Shown here piece by piece: positions 14,001-24,964 of a stretch of DNA of 64,000 bases; positions within the stretch are counted from its first letter, which is position 1; every line of letters starts with the position of its first letter. Source of the stretch: Phoronis australis (lineage: Eukaryota > Animalia > Phoronida); NCBI GenBank assembly GCA_002633005.1, contig NMRA01000025.1, forward strand, positions 1,354,390-1,418,389. Direction: 5' to 3'. The position numbers and the translations under genes are program-made. The notes below the pieces were generated by a model. The model saw nothing but the letters and a program-made list of their open reading frames with translations. It ran no database searches and had not been told where the DNA came from.

Positions 14001-17000
14001 ATGTTGCCGTACATTCATATAATGAGCATGTTGACGTACATTCATATAATGAGCATGTTGCCGTACATTCATATAATGAGCATGTTGCCGTACATTCATA
14101 TAATGAGCATGTTGACGTACATTCATATAATGAGCATGTTGCTGTACATTCATATAATGAGCATGTTGCTGTACATTCATATAATGTGCATGTTGCCGTA
14201 TATTCATATAATGAGCATGTTGACGTACATTCATATAATGAGCATGTTGACGTACATTCATATAATGAGCATGTTGCTGTACATTCATATAATGAGCATG
14301 TTGCTGTACATTCATATAATGTGCATGTTGCCGTATATTCATATAATGAGCATGTTGACGTACATTCATATAATGAGCATGTTGCCGTATATTCATATAA
14401 TGAGCATGTTGCCGTACATTCATATAATGTGCATATTTCTGTACATTCATATAATGAGCATGTTGCCGTATATTCATATAATGTGCATGTTGCATGAAAA
14501 AAATTGCTCATTAACAACATCATTTGGTAATGTTTGCAATAATTGAAAAATGAGAAAATTGTTCTATGTACAGGACCATTTTAACCACAGAAATTGAGGG
14601 TTGAAGGTAAAATCATCACCGTGTAAACGCGTCTTTCCTAGGTTAAATTGTACTTCATAAGAAGTTATCATCTCGGGGTCTAACGGAGAAAAGGGGCGAC
14701 GTCGTCGAGGTCTTACGAGAACAAATGGGATCTATTTGTGCACTTTCGAACGCTAATAGAGCATGAGTTCTATTTCTAAGTCCACGAAAAGCAGCAAGTA
14801 TCAGTGGCGGATTTTTATTTAAGGGGGCCGTGGCCCCTCTAAAATTGTACGAGATACCGGTTGGCAGTTTGGGTGCGAATTTGCTGACTAGCACATNNNN
14901 NNNNNNNNNNCGGGGATGAATAAACAATACATAGGCCCTGAACAAACCCCCCCTTTTTTTAGTCAAAAGGTCCGCAAACAAGGAAATTCGAGACCCCTGC
15001 ATCCTTACGTTTTAGGCTCCAACTTGTTAATTACTCAGGATAGAAGTGACTTCTGTGCTTCATATCTAACACTTCGTAATCCCGCTAAGTTGGTCATTTT
15101 ATGCGCCGAGAGAGTCCTCAAATAATATAAGTTCGTTCCAAGCCCATGAAATTCTTCCAATCTCAGTAAGGAGCAAGCTGAGACCGTAGACGTGAAAACA
15201 CAAACCTTTGCGAGAGATCCCTCTCCATTTTAAGCGAAGCACGTCATGACCTTATGACCTTAGATTCTTTCGCGAGATTCTTGCGACTAGCGAATTCACT
15301 GTTTTATAACTGCTAAGGGTCGTCTAAAGCATGAGTTCATTTTGGCAGATGGCGGGTTTAGAACCCCTTTAAAAATCTACGACTGTTTTGCAAAGGACAT
15401 TTTAGTCAGCAACATATAAACGGGAAAGCCTGATGAGGCTCATAATGTCAAAGAAAAAACGAACACTGATTGTATAGGAAACATTTGTCATAGGTCTGCC
15501 AAAATACCAACCAATTATGTTTTGGTCACAAAAGATCCAATTCTTTTGCTTCGATCTTGTTTCATTAATTTCTGCTTGCGGCTGTGCATTCAAAATGTAA
15601 AGTCTGGGTCTTGCGTATAGATTTTTAAGAGAATAAAAAATCAACAATTTGCCGGCGGCAATTCTATCGACATCATTCAGCGGCTGTTTTATATGTTCCA
15701 TCACCGCTACAGGCTGTATACATACAGCCAGCACGACACAGCTAATTTTTTTGGCTTTGTTCAGATCACAATATGCATTGATATCATTTGTCGATAGGGT
15801 TTTCAGTTTACCCAAGACGCTTTCTACTTTGGTTATAAGCACATACCGCAGGCAAATTTCACCATGCATAACATGCCTAATACAGGGTTGAGTTCTGTAG
15901 ACGCAAGAATCTCGCGAAAGAAGAAGCTGGTATGGCCACGTGCTTAATTGCTTAGTAATACACGGCGATATTTCGCGACGTTTTGCGTGAGCTTGCGTTT
16001 TTGCAGATCAGTTTAACGTCACACCATCGAAACGCTGTCTAATACAACACATATGATGAAAATTACGAAGATCTTTTAATAATGAAGACGGTAACGACTA
16101 CGATTACGATCTTGGTGACGATGACGATGTTGATAATGACGGTGGTTGTTTTGAGGATGATATTAGTAATGAAGGTGACGAAAGCGATGATCATGATGAC
16201 GACGACGAAGAAGATGATGGTGTGGTGATGACGATGACGATGATGATGATGATGATAGAACCTGAACGCGAGAATTCGTCTAAAGTGTTTCACCTTTCAC
16301 TTTTCACGAGACCAATATATCAATGAAATAATGAATGACGTATACTTTGAGTCAGTACCACATTACAGTACTGGCGTCTAATACACTTCTATCGAGTTTG
16401 ATATTATTTGATCAGTGGAAGTTATGCAATAATTCTGGCCGTTTTGCTTCGTATTTTTACTAACAACATTTTGTAACAAAATCTAAGCCCGCAAGCCAGA
16501 AGTTATAGAATATAACTCTTTCTTGTCCGGCGTGTTTGCCACTGCCATTGTCTGGCATAGCCGGCAGGGACACGCGAATGTTTCCTGTACACGGCGACTC
16601 GGGCTGAATACATTTCGTATTTGAATTACACCCTCAGGGTGATTTTGATAATTACAACTCTACAGACAAATCCCTGTATTCAACGACTGGAGAATTATAA
16701 ATCGTACTGTTTATGGTTACCCTTGGCATCGAAGGTTTAAATATTTTTGATCGCATGACAATCTAATATTCGATACCCCTCAGGGTAAACACAATTCTGC
16801 GCTAAAAACACGAACGCCCTTGTGTGTCTTAAGTAGAAACAGGCGGGTAATTCGACCACTACTCCAGCTTGCTCGAGTCAATTTGTCCGCCATTCGAATT
16901 TCTTGTTCGTTTAGATGTAACGTTAATCTAATAGAACACGATACTGGAACCAAAGTACGGTGTACGCATGCTCAGTCAGGGTGACACACGATGCACATGG

Positions 17001-20000
17001 TTTTAAATAAAAGCGAAAAAAGTTTATTACGCGACCAATAAGCAAGGTCTGTAACGTAACTTTGGTATAGTCAAAGCCGTCAGTTTCGAGTCATATACTG
17101 AGTCGTTCATAGCTTCACAATCTTGAATATGCAGTGCTGTAGTGGGGCGTAGGCGCATGTAGGCGCAGCCAACCACCTTCTGGCATTTCAACGTAGCGCC
17201 TACGCACCATAAGTTACGTTCAGTGCTCAAGTTGATACGGTGGGCTCTGGGCGCCTACTTACCTCGAGTTTTACCACTACAGCACTCCGAGTATGAAGTC
17301 TTCAAGCAAAAATTGGTAACTCCACTGAGGAATTCTAGACGTCGTATTGGGTTCTCAATTCTTGAAACCAGCGACCTCTATTGACGAATTTAGCACTTCT
17401 GTTGCGAAATTTAGTACGAGAAACATTTTTAGAAAACACAAATGAATCATCAATACAAATTACCTAATTTACTTGGAGTCATTAAATATATATATACTGG
17501 CGTAATTTTCATTTTGTTATTTTCGACAACCTGACATTAGTGAACTTTTCGTGATAAGCGATTAAATTAGGGCCTAAATGTCTTCTTCTGTTCATCTCGA
17601 ATCATTTCGCATTAACTTGAAGTCCACGTGGACTTTTCTGAGATGAATTTCACCAAATTGGTCAGATGTTCTTTTCGTTTGCCAAATAAAGAAATTGAAG
17701 ATCAATTTTATGTGCACGTGTTCAGTTGATTTAGGCTGATATGATTTCGATATTGATATCGTTGCAATGCAGCTTAGGAGACAAACGGAAAAATTAAACA
17801 CCACGAAAACATGAACTCAAGGAAACAAAAACTTGTGAAAAAAAATTTGTTTGTTAAATCTCGTCTCCTTGGTGGAAGTATCTGTCACTAAAAGGTTGGA
17901 AAGATCAAGGACAGTATTAATCGCTTGAATTCTTTCGCAACTGGTATTCGTTTACTTTATCTAGACAAAGTTTATGTGTTTTCGAAAAAGCCTGCACATA
18001 GGTCACTTCCCAGGGGGTTGTACTCTGTTTTTCATCCCCGCTGTGACATGTGCTTGACCCACTAGTTTAGCCTTGAGGTAAAACTCACGCGGATCACGAA
18101 CAATGTCACGCCAGTACATTTTAACGTCAGCATGGTCACGCCTCATCTGATCTGAAGGATTGCAACTTTCCGACATTTTTTTTAAATTTCTTGTCCTTTT
18201 CAGTTCTTGTTATCTCCCGCTAACAATAAAGTTTTCCTTTTTGTCATTATTTACGATTTGTTCTGATTCTGAGAAAATGGGTAAATTTTTACCGGAGGCG
18301 ACATTTCCTCCACCAGATGACCCGGGTTATAACAACGTGTTTAATGTTCCGTGAAGAGTGTATTCTTCTTTTGGTTCTGCCATGAGGAAAACATAACTTC
18401 GGAATAGTTTTCATTTAGTGGAAAATAGATATAAATTACGATTCAACTGAAATAGTGTTATCGTACGATAAAAATACTATCAAGTCATTACAAAAAGATT
18501 TTGAAATGTCTGGTACCTGTTAGGAAGGTAGTTTGTGGCAAGATTCACGTGCCACGTGTGGTCAACAGTCAACTCAATCATCATTCTTGACGGGTTGGTG
18601 GTTCGGGCCAACAGAGGCGATGGTCATTGCCTATGGTTAGAGAAACACGTAAGACATGGTTGTTACATCAATACAAAAGCGACGTGTTCAATGGTGCTAC
18701 ACTTCTTTTAATTTTATTGGTGAACAAATTTCTCTTCTCTTAAACAGTTTTTTTCTTTTCTCTAGCGCGATTATGCCTTTATCGAGGTCCGATTTCTTTA
18801 CTTGCAAAACACGTCGACTGATTTGAACCGATCTGGTTGGATAACGTTATTAGAAACAAAAGAATGCTGTTGGCGGGATTTCGAATCAAACAAATGAGCT
18901 TGAAAGTCAAGAACAAAACCCTGCGGTTTGTCTTGCGCCAACGCGTTGGGGAATGTAGAACGTATGGTCAGACAAGGGATGATCTGGTTAGATCTCCCTC
19001 AGGAAGTTAGCGCGATCACGTGCTTTGCATGACCCTACTTCGCGAAGTCTTGCGTTTCCGCGAGATTCTCGCCCCTACGGAACGCACGCCTGGTCTCCTT
19101 CAGGCGATCGTGTACCATAAGAAAATTGCTAACCATATGTGCATGCTGCAGTCTTACTTATGTATGAGTTTTCCCAGCTGACCATTTCTATCACATGCCG
19201 AGAGGAGGAAGTGAAGAAAAATGATAACGAGGCCTTCTTGAAAATAGCGCTTAGTCCCCGTTCTGTGAAAAAATGTAATGAGTTTTTCAACAATAGGTTT
19301 TCACGGCAAAGCATTTTCGGTGATCAGCCCCAATTAGGCAGAAAAATTTGTACCTGAACGGCAACTGCTGGTCTGGAAATCCGTATCAGAATACCCATGT
19401 GTTCTAGTGGCATAGAGCAAACGTGTTTTATACATCAAAAGAAAAACTAATACGTCAAATGCACGAGCCCCGGGGCTGCATTACGAGAGAAACTAAAACC
19501 TGGTTTCTATGTCCATGAGCGAAAATCAATTAAAACACACACGACTGCGTTAATTTCTTTTGGCCTGTCAACCTTACTATAATCAAGAAGCATTTTATAT
19601 AAAACTGCCCAGGGCCAGTGCCAAAACCATCCACGGGCTAACACGGCGCCGTATTCTTTCATAAATACTTTTTGTTCGCTCAAGTCCACTCTGCATTTTG
19701 TAAGTCGCGAAAACAAACGGCCTCCAGGCATATAGACAGAGGCTGTCAATTGAATGCGAGTTTGACAATGTCGCCATTATGGCCGAATCCAAATCTCGAT
19801 CGTGCCGCCATCTTTTTCGCAAAAACATGCGAGAAATTTCCACTCATTGTCAACATTCCTCAGGCGATGGCAAGAATCGTTCACTGTGGGCCTCAGCGAA
19901 CTATGCACACGCGTATATTTACCAAAGAAAAATTACATGTGAAATTGCTTCTCTAGGCAGAATAAAACGAATTACGGACAGCCTCGTGTAATAATATTTG

Positions 20001-23000
20001 ATTGCCGTCTGCCGGAGACATGATCAGTGTGGGTACCTGTGTCAAATTATTTAATTTGTAATTGTCCACAGGTTAACTCCGCATGACACAATGTCGTTTT
20101 ACATAATTTGGAAATTGCCTTATGGGACAACCAACCTCGCGCGCTCCCCGAGCAACAGTCTGATGTTGATAAAGTATAATGCGAAACGTTTTAGGATATC
20201 CGGTTATAATTATGTTGTCCGCTCAGAATTAAAGCTTTGGCAATGTTGTTTGTGAATGCAATAGCTGTTACGAAGGCGAAACTGACATTTTCTTTATGTC
20301 ATAATGTTTTTGGATGAGTCAGTACGAAACCAAAACTTCATGTATCAAACAACGAAACGTGAACAAGTACGCCACGATTATTATCATTTTCGCTATTACA
20401 ATTGGGTAGAGACCGAATTGCATGGCTGTGGCTGTGTTTCAGTCGCTAAAATGCACTAAAGACCAGTCCAGACGAGTACACCAAACCCGCGATAGAAATC
20501 CTCGACCAGCACCCCCATAACTAAGTCCGAAAATGTTCCGTTTTCGACTACCCTAGTTTCAAGACAAGATGCCTCAGCCGGATTTAAATCCACACCTTGT
20601 ATTTGATCACTATCTTTATCATTTGCATTGTCTTTACTAAGTATCTATTAGTACTGCGTATAAATAACGAGCCTACGCTTGCTCTTCTTCTAGCTAGTAT
20701 TTTCTCTAATGTCATGCCGCTTGACTTTTTATCGCTTCTGTTACGATAATGTTCAGTGCCGATGAAGACTGTGCTTTTGGTAACAATTTGCCCAAATATG
20801 GCACAGAATGCTGACTCACTGTCGCTTATGGCAGACCCTCACGTGATTGGTTTTCATGTCCGTAGTTCCAAAGACCTGATTTTGATCGCAGAGCCGGTGG
20901 CAACTGGTTGAGTTATTCTCAACATGATGCAACATCTACAAATCTACAACTTTGGGAATGGGACTCGGCGACGCTTGGGTAATTAGCAGACTCGGTGCTA
21001 GAAGACAAACAGGCCTTCGTAAACTGTGCCAGATAACGCTCGCGGACATCACATGTGTTCACCAGCACAGCAGTGAACCACTACTGATCCATAAATGTTT
21101 TAAGAGGCTCATCGTGAGACGGCATGCTCCATGCTGTTTAGACTAGCTTGTTTACAAAAACAACCACCAGTGCTAAGTGCGTGGAGGCAAATCAGATGTT
21201 TCGGTACGCCACCTTGCGACTGTCCCGCAAGTTATGATGTCCACACCGTGGGACGGGCATAAGAATGAATATTCACAATGATGAATGACTGTCGCTTTGT
21301 TGACGTTGTCTCTTGTAGACTGAACGGTTGACATGCATGAGCATAAAAATCTCCGAATGGCATTATGACAAAATTGGAATTTCCAGGGCTACGTCGATAT
21401 TTCGAAACTATAGGCCTACATACGTTTCATGTATTGTCGGACAGAATGTCAGTGACACAGTTGAGTTTCAAAATATCACGCGTCTAAAATTGAGTTGACA
21501 ATCACACCCTACAACTAATCTGAGCTAAGCTCCGTTGACATAAAAATATTTCGCGAGTAATTAGTTTGATGACGTGTCTTGCTACGGTGTAATTACTTGC
21601 GCGCTGTCTCGCGAAGACTTTAGTGATCTTGTGTTTTATGAGGTGGAATCTAGAGTTAAAAATGCGGAACAAAACGCGGATATAGTGGTTGCATTTTAAA
21701 TGGTAGATACACCCATATGTCAGTAAATAGACATGTTTCCTATGAAATATGACTTCTTTCACTAAAAAAACGACAGAAACGTACATATATATAGGCTCTA
21801 AATCAACTTTTCGCCAGAAAAACAGTTTTGAAGAGATCTTGGAACATTTTCTTTGAAATTTACTCCAAGAATGATAACCAGTACGAGATTTTGGTCTTGG
21901 GTTTCGAGATTACAGGCACTGTTTTCGGAGTCAACTGGTCAGTGGGTGACTAGCAAAACAGTCCGCAAGGTTAACAAGTTTGAATGCTAAAATAGTACCA
22001 ATAAGGGATCGGCAAGAATGTCTATGTGTGTGTGTGTGTGTGCGTGAGCGAGTGCGCGTGTTTCGAAAAATAAAGGGCGGGTCACTTGGTGCATACCTCG
22101 TAGGCTCTAAGGCAGATAGAGGGTAACCCGACACTGAACGGGTGTCAAATACCGCCAGTTTTGTAACAAGCAAATTGCTTGTAATCCATTCAGTGTAAAT
22201 ATAAAAAACTCGCCAGAGGCCCGTATCCTTTGTCGAAACAGCTGCGGACGCAATGCGGGCCCCGGGCACCGTGCCCCGCACTAAAATGCATTGTAGTCAG
22301 GAAATAGTGTCACTTTATATTTGAGTACAACTCGATTCTTCATTTGCATCTAATGAATTCCTAAGTGGCTTTGAAAGCATGTAGTCTCACGTCTATGCAA
22401 TTGTTATTTCCCTTTCCGACACTTCAACTTCAATATGCCATCACGACAATACATAGCTGCCGTTAGATTCCTACACTTTATGTGTGGTTGATGCGACCTT
22501 CAATTTGAAAAATGCTGAATTGAATAGGGATTTTTGGAACTTTTATTCTGAAGATGCAGAGCATTCCTACACCACACGTGGTCTAGAACATTCTTGGAGT
22601 CACCTTTAGTCGTCGATACCTGAGTTTACATACACCGAAGCAATGTTTTTCTGTAATCGACTGGTGTTTACCGAAGTCGCTAAAATATCTTAAATATAAC
22701 CCTGCACTGAACACAGATGGGGCACATTGCCTCCGGAACTTCGACTTAGACTTACGAAGCTTGCCTTTGAAGTGATTTTGTGTAGACACCTGCTTCATGG
22801 GCACGTTCTAAGTCACAAGAATGTTTTTTATCAGAGGCGCACATTATTGCCATCTTCATCATGTTATATCTTCTTTTTTGTTGACTGAATTCAATTATCC
22901 CAACTCGTATTTTTATGAAAAAGGGTGACGTAGCAAAAAGACACGGAGTACGCCGGAACATGGAGAACTAATGCAGACGAATAAATTATGTTAAGATTGA

Positions 23001-24964
23001 TGTATTTAACCAATTGCGATCCCCGGAAGGTGTCGTTCATGACGGAAATTCTATTGCGGCTACATTGAAATTGTGACAATTTTTTCAGTTCGTTACATGG
23101 TTTAAAAACGCGAGGTGAAATGGAAGCATTCTGTAGTTTTAGATGTCTCTCTGTAGTCCCTAACGTTTTAGCCCCCCCCCCCCTCCTAAAATTCTCCCAG
23201 ATTCCATTTGGCAGTCCGGGGAGCGAATTGCTGAGTAGCATATGCACGCTCCCAGTGGGGGGGGGGGCTCGGGAGGGGAATGCACAATGCATAGGCTTTG
23301 AACAAACCCCGTTTGTTTTTTTTTAGTAATAAGGTCCACAAACCCAAAAATTCGAGACCTCCTACATCCCTACATTTTAGGCTGCGCCCGCGCATGAGGC
23401 GAAATTCTGGTTATTCCTATGCCCTGCCCCTCAACTCAAAATCCTGGATCCGCCCCTGGTTACATACCGAGAATTTCCGCACACGGCGGTTCCCCTAACA
23501 TAGGAACACGGAAACTTTTCTGAATGTAGGCTCAGCTTATGGGGTCGTGATTGAAATTTTTTGGGGGTTTCCTTTAATGAAAAAATGTCAGCGAGTGTCA
23601 AAAACAAGGTTTAATAGATGACTGAAAAAATCAGTTTATTTCAACTCGTTTATTTGCAAACTCAACATAACTAAGGGTTCCATTGTCACCCCTACTTATT
23701 CTATTCCATGGCGAACGTTGACACATTTTCCGTTAAAAGGGTTATGTTTATGTTTGGTGAATTAGAAAGGTGAAAATATCATGCTAGTTAATATTCGGAT
23801 ATGCGCCCTTAGCTCACCATCAGAAATTTACGGAACCAGGGTGTAGTTAAGCAGAAAATGTAACGATCCAACTAAACTGAGAAATCACGAAAGTATTATT
23901 ATCTAGTGCTGTCGGTGTAACATTTATAGTGACATTCTCGGCGAAAAAAGCAATTTTACAGGAAGTAGCAGTTACGCAAAATCGAACTCACCAGTTACTC
24001 AGTTTCAGCCGAACGCTCAGCGGCTGAGACAAATCTCAAAAGCTTTTGAATGGTAATGACACCGAATGTCTGACAGACAACAGCGATCATTGGCGTTTTG
24101 TAATAAAATCACAAAAGCACATCGGATTTTATTGTCAAATTTATTAACCTTAAGAAGTCCATCCCATTCATCAATAATCCTAAAATGCGTTTTTCGGCCG
24201 AAAAATCGAGAATATCCCTTTAAGTAATCATACGAAACTGGAAATCCTTTTATTAAACTATATAAACGACATAGGCACTTTTTAGTTTTGAATGGGAAAA
24301 GATCTTGGTTGTCAAGTGGGTTCATTGATTCTTTGTTCTTTTCAGGTATTCAGACAGCAAGCTTGCCAAAATGTTCAACGGAAATATACCCATAATCCTC
24401 GATAGTCTGAAGCAACACTATTTCATAGACAGAGATGGAAAGATGTTTCGTCACATCCTAAACTTCCTGCGAACAAACCAACTGATAATCCCAGAGAACT
24501 TTCAGGACATTGATCTTTTGTACGAAGAAGCAAAGTTTTACGACATCGCCCCGCTTATCAAGGCTATCATACAGCATAAGGCAAACAAAACCATGCTTTT
24601 GTCTCCGAAAGACAAGAACGAAGTTTCCCAGAAAAAGGACAGTTTCGTATGCCAGTGTGTTGTAATGTACGTGAGTCCAGTTCTCAAAGAAAGAATCTCT
24701 ATAAGCGCAGACCGCGCGTTGTTGGAGGAAATACTCCCAGAGCTCAACTCAGCTCTGTGCGATTCGAGAAATTGTGGTTACAATTTGGACAATCGTTACG
24801 TCATCCGTTTCCCCGTGAACGGTCACTGCGAATTGAATTCCGTCGAAATCATGCAAAAAATGTTGAACGATGGCTTCGAAGTAATCGCGTCGAACGGTGG
24901 GGGTGTAGAAGGCCAACAGTTTAGCGAATATTTATTTTGTCGACGATTGCCCTCCGGTCAGTGA
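8021..24964 (+). CDS. KCTD15: KCTD1/KCTD15 (tiwaz)-like BTB/POZ protein gene; join(8021..8043 tentative, 8682..8915, 24346..24964); 283 aa from ATG 8683 or 291 aa from ATG 8021
   Basis: Spliced translation reads [21 protein letters not shown]|[43 protein letters not shown]...[17 protein letters not shown]...[18 protein letters not shown], which matches my recollection of the KCTD1/15 BTB and C-terminal domains. The phase-2 intron 8916-24345 (AA|gtaagt ... ttcag|G) restores a Lys codon. Invertebrate genes are co-orthologous to KCTD1 and KCTD15. Confidence 0.93.
8682..8915 (+). CDS. KCTD15: KCTD15-like exon: Ser/Pro-rich N-terminus and start of the BTB domain
   Basis: Acceptor tttttttcag (AG at 8680-8681), ATG at 8683, motif [18 protein letters not shown], donor gtaagt at 8916. 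Confidence 0.92.
12690..13415. repeat. Degenerate ~58-60-bp tandem repeat (..AAATTTAGACCGTTAACAC..ACATATCTACGACTTCC.ACTAA..)
   Basis: About 5 diverged units, the first split by the MITE above. Confidence 0.6.
12749..13177. mobile_element. Tc1/mariner (pogo/Tigger-like) MITE
   Basis: TIR CCGGGATTTTC(C)GTA[AG]ATAAG at both ends; TA at the right flank; it interrupts a degenerate ~58-bp repeat. Confidence 0.65.
13700..14494. repeat. 24-bp minisatellite, ~33 copies (GAGCATGTTG[AC]CGTACATTCATATAAT)
   Basis: Directly visible tandem array inside the KCTD intron. Confidence 0.98.
14801..15020 (+). mobile_element. CAG[TG]GGCGGA-type (hAT-like) MITE, left part; contains a 14-N gap
   Basis: Starts CAGTGGCGGATTT; the body is similar to 23170-23400. 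Confidence 0.6.
15190..15995. mobile_element. Old MITE-like element with ~100-bp diverged inverted repeats
   Basis: TTCTTTCGCGAGATTCTTGCG (~15265) is inverted at ~15902-15922, and the similarity extends outward. No TSD was identified. Confidence 0.5.
16062..16257. repeat. Degenerate (GAT)n simple repeat
   Basis: Trinucleotide low-complexity tract. Confidence 0.85.
17132..17287. mobile_element. hAT-type MITE, 156 bp
   Basis: TIR CAGTGCTGTAGTGG / CCACTACAGCACTC; degenerate 8-bp TSD tgaatatg / cgagtatg. Confidence 0.7.
18602..18633. mobile_element. Isolated terminal 32 bp of the same MULE-like TIR
   Basis: ttcgggccaacagaggcgatggtcattgccta is identical to 45823-45854. Confidence 0.75.
23168..23458 (+). 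mobile_element. Same MITE family, right part
   Basis: Ends CCTGGATCCGCCCCTG; shares blocks (ggcagt..gcgaatt.gctga.tagca, cataggc..tgaacaaacccc, aattcgagacc) with 14801-15020. Confidence 0.6.
24346..24964 (+). CDS. KCTD15: KCTD15-like terminal coding exon (rest of BTB plus CTD)
   Basis: Acceptor ttcttttcag; contains ORF 24371..24964 with the YFIDRDG BTB motif and the KCTD1/15 CTD; stop TGA at 24962-24964. Confidence 0.96.

Noticed and set aside
13629-14546. 280-288-aa repetitive ORFs (QHAHYMNVR-like, CSLYECTAT-like) in several frames; also superficially CRISPR-like
   Set aside because: They are by-products of a stop-free 24-bp minisatellite in an intron. There are no unique spacers or cas genes, and the context is eukaryotic.
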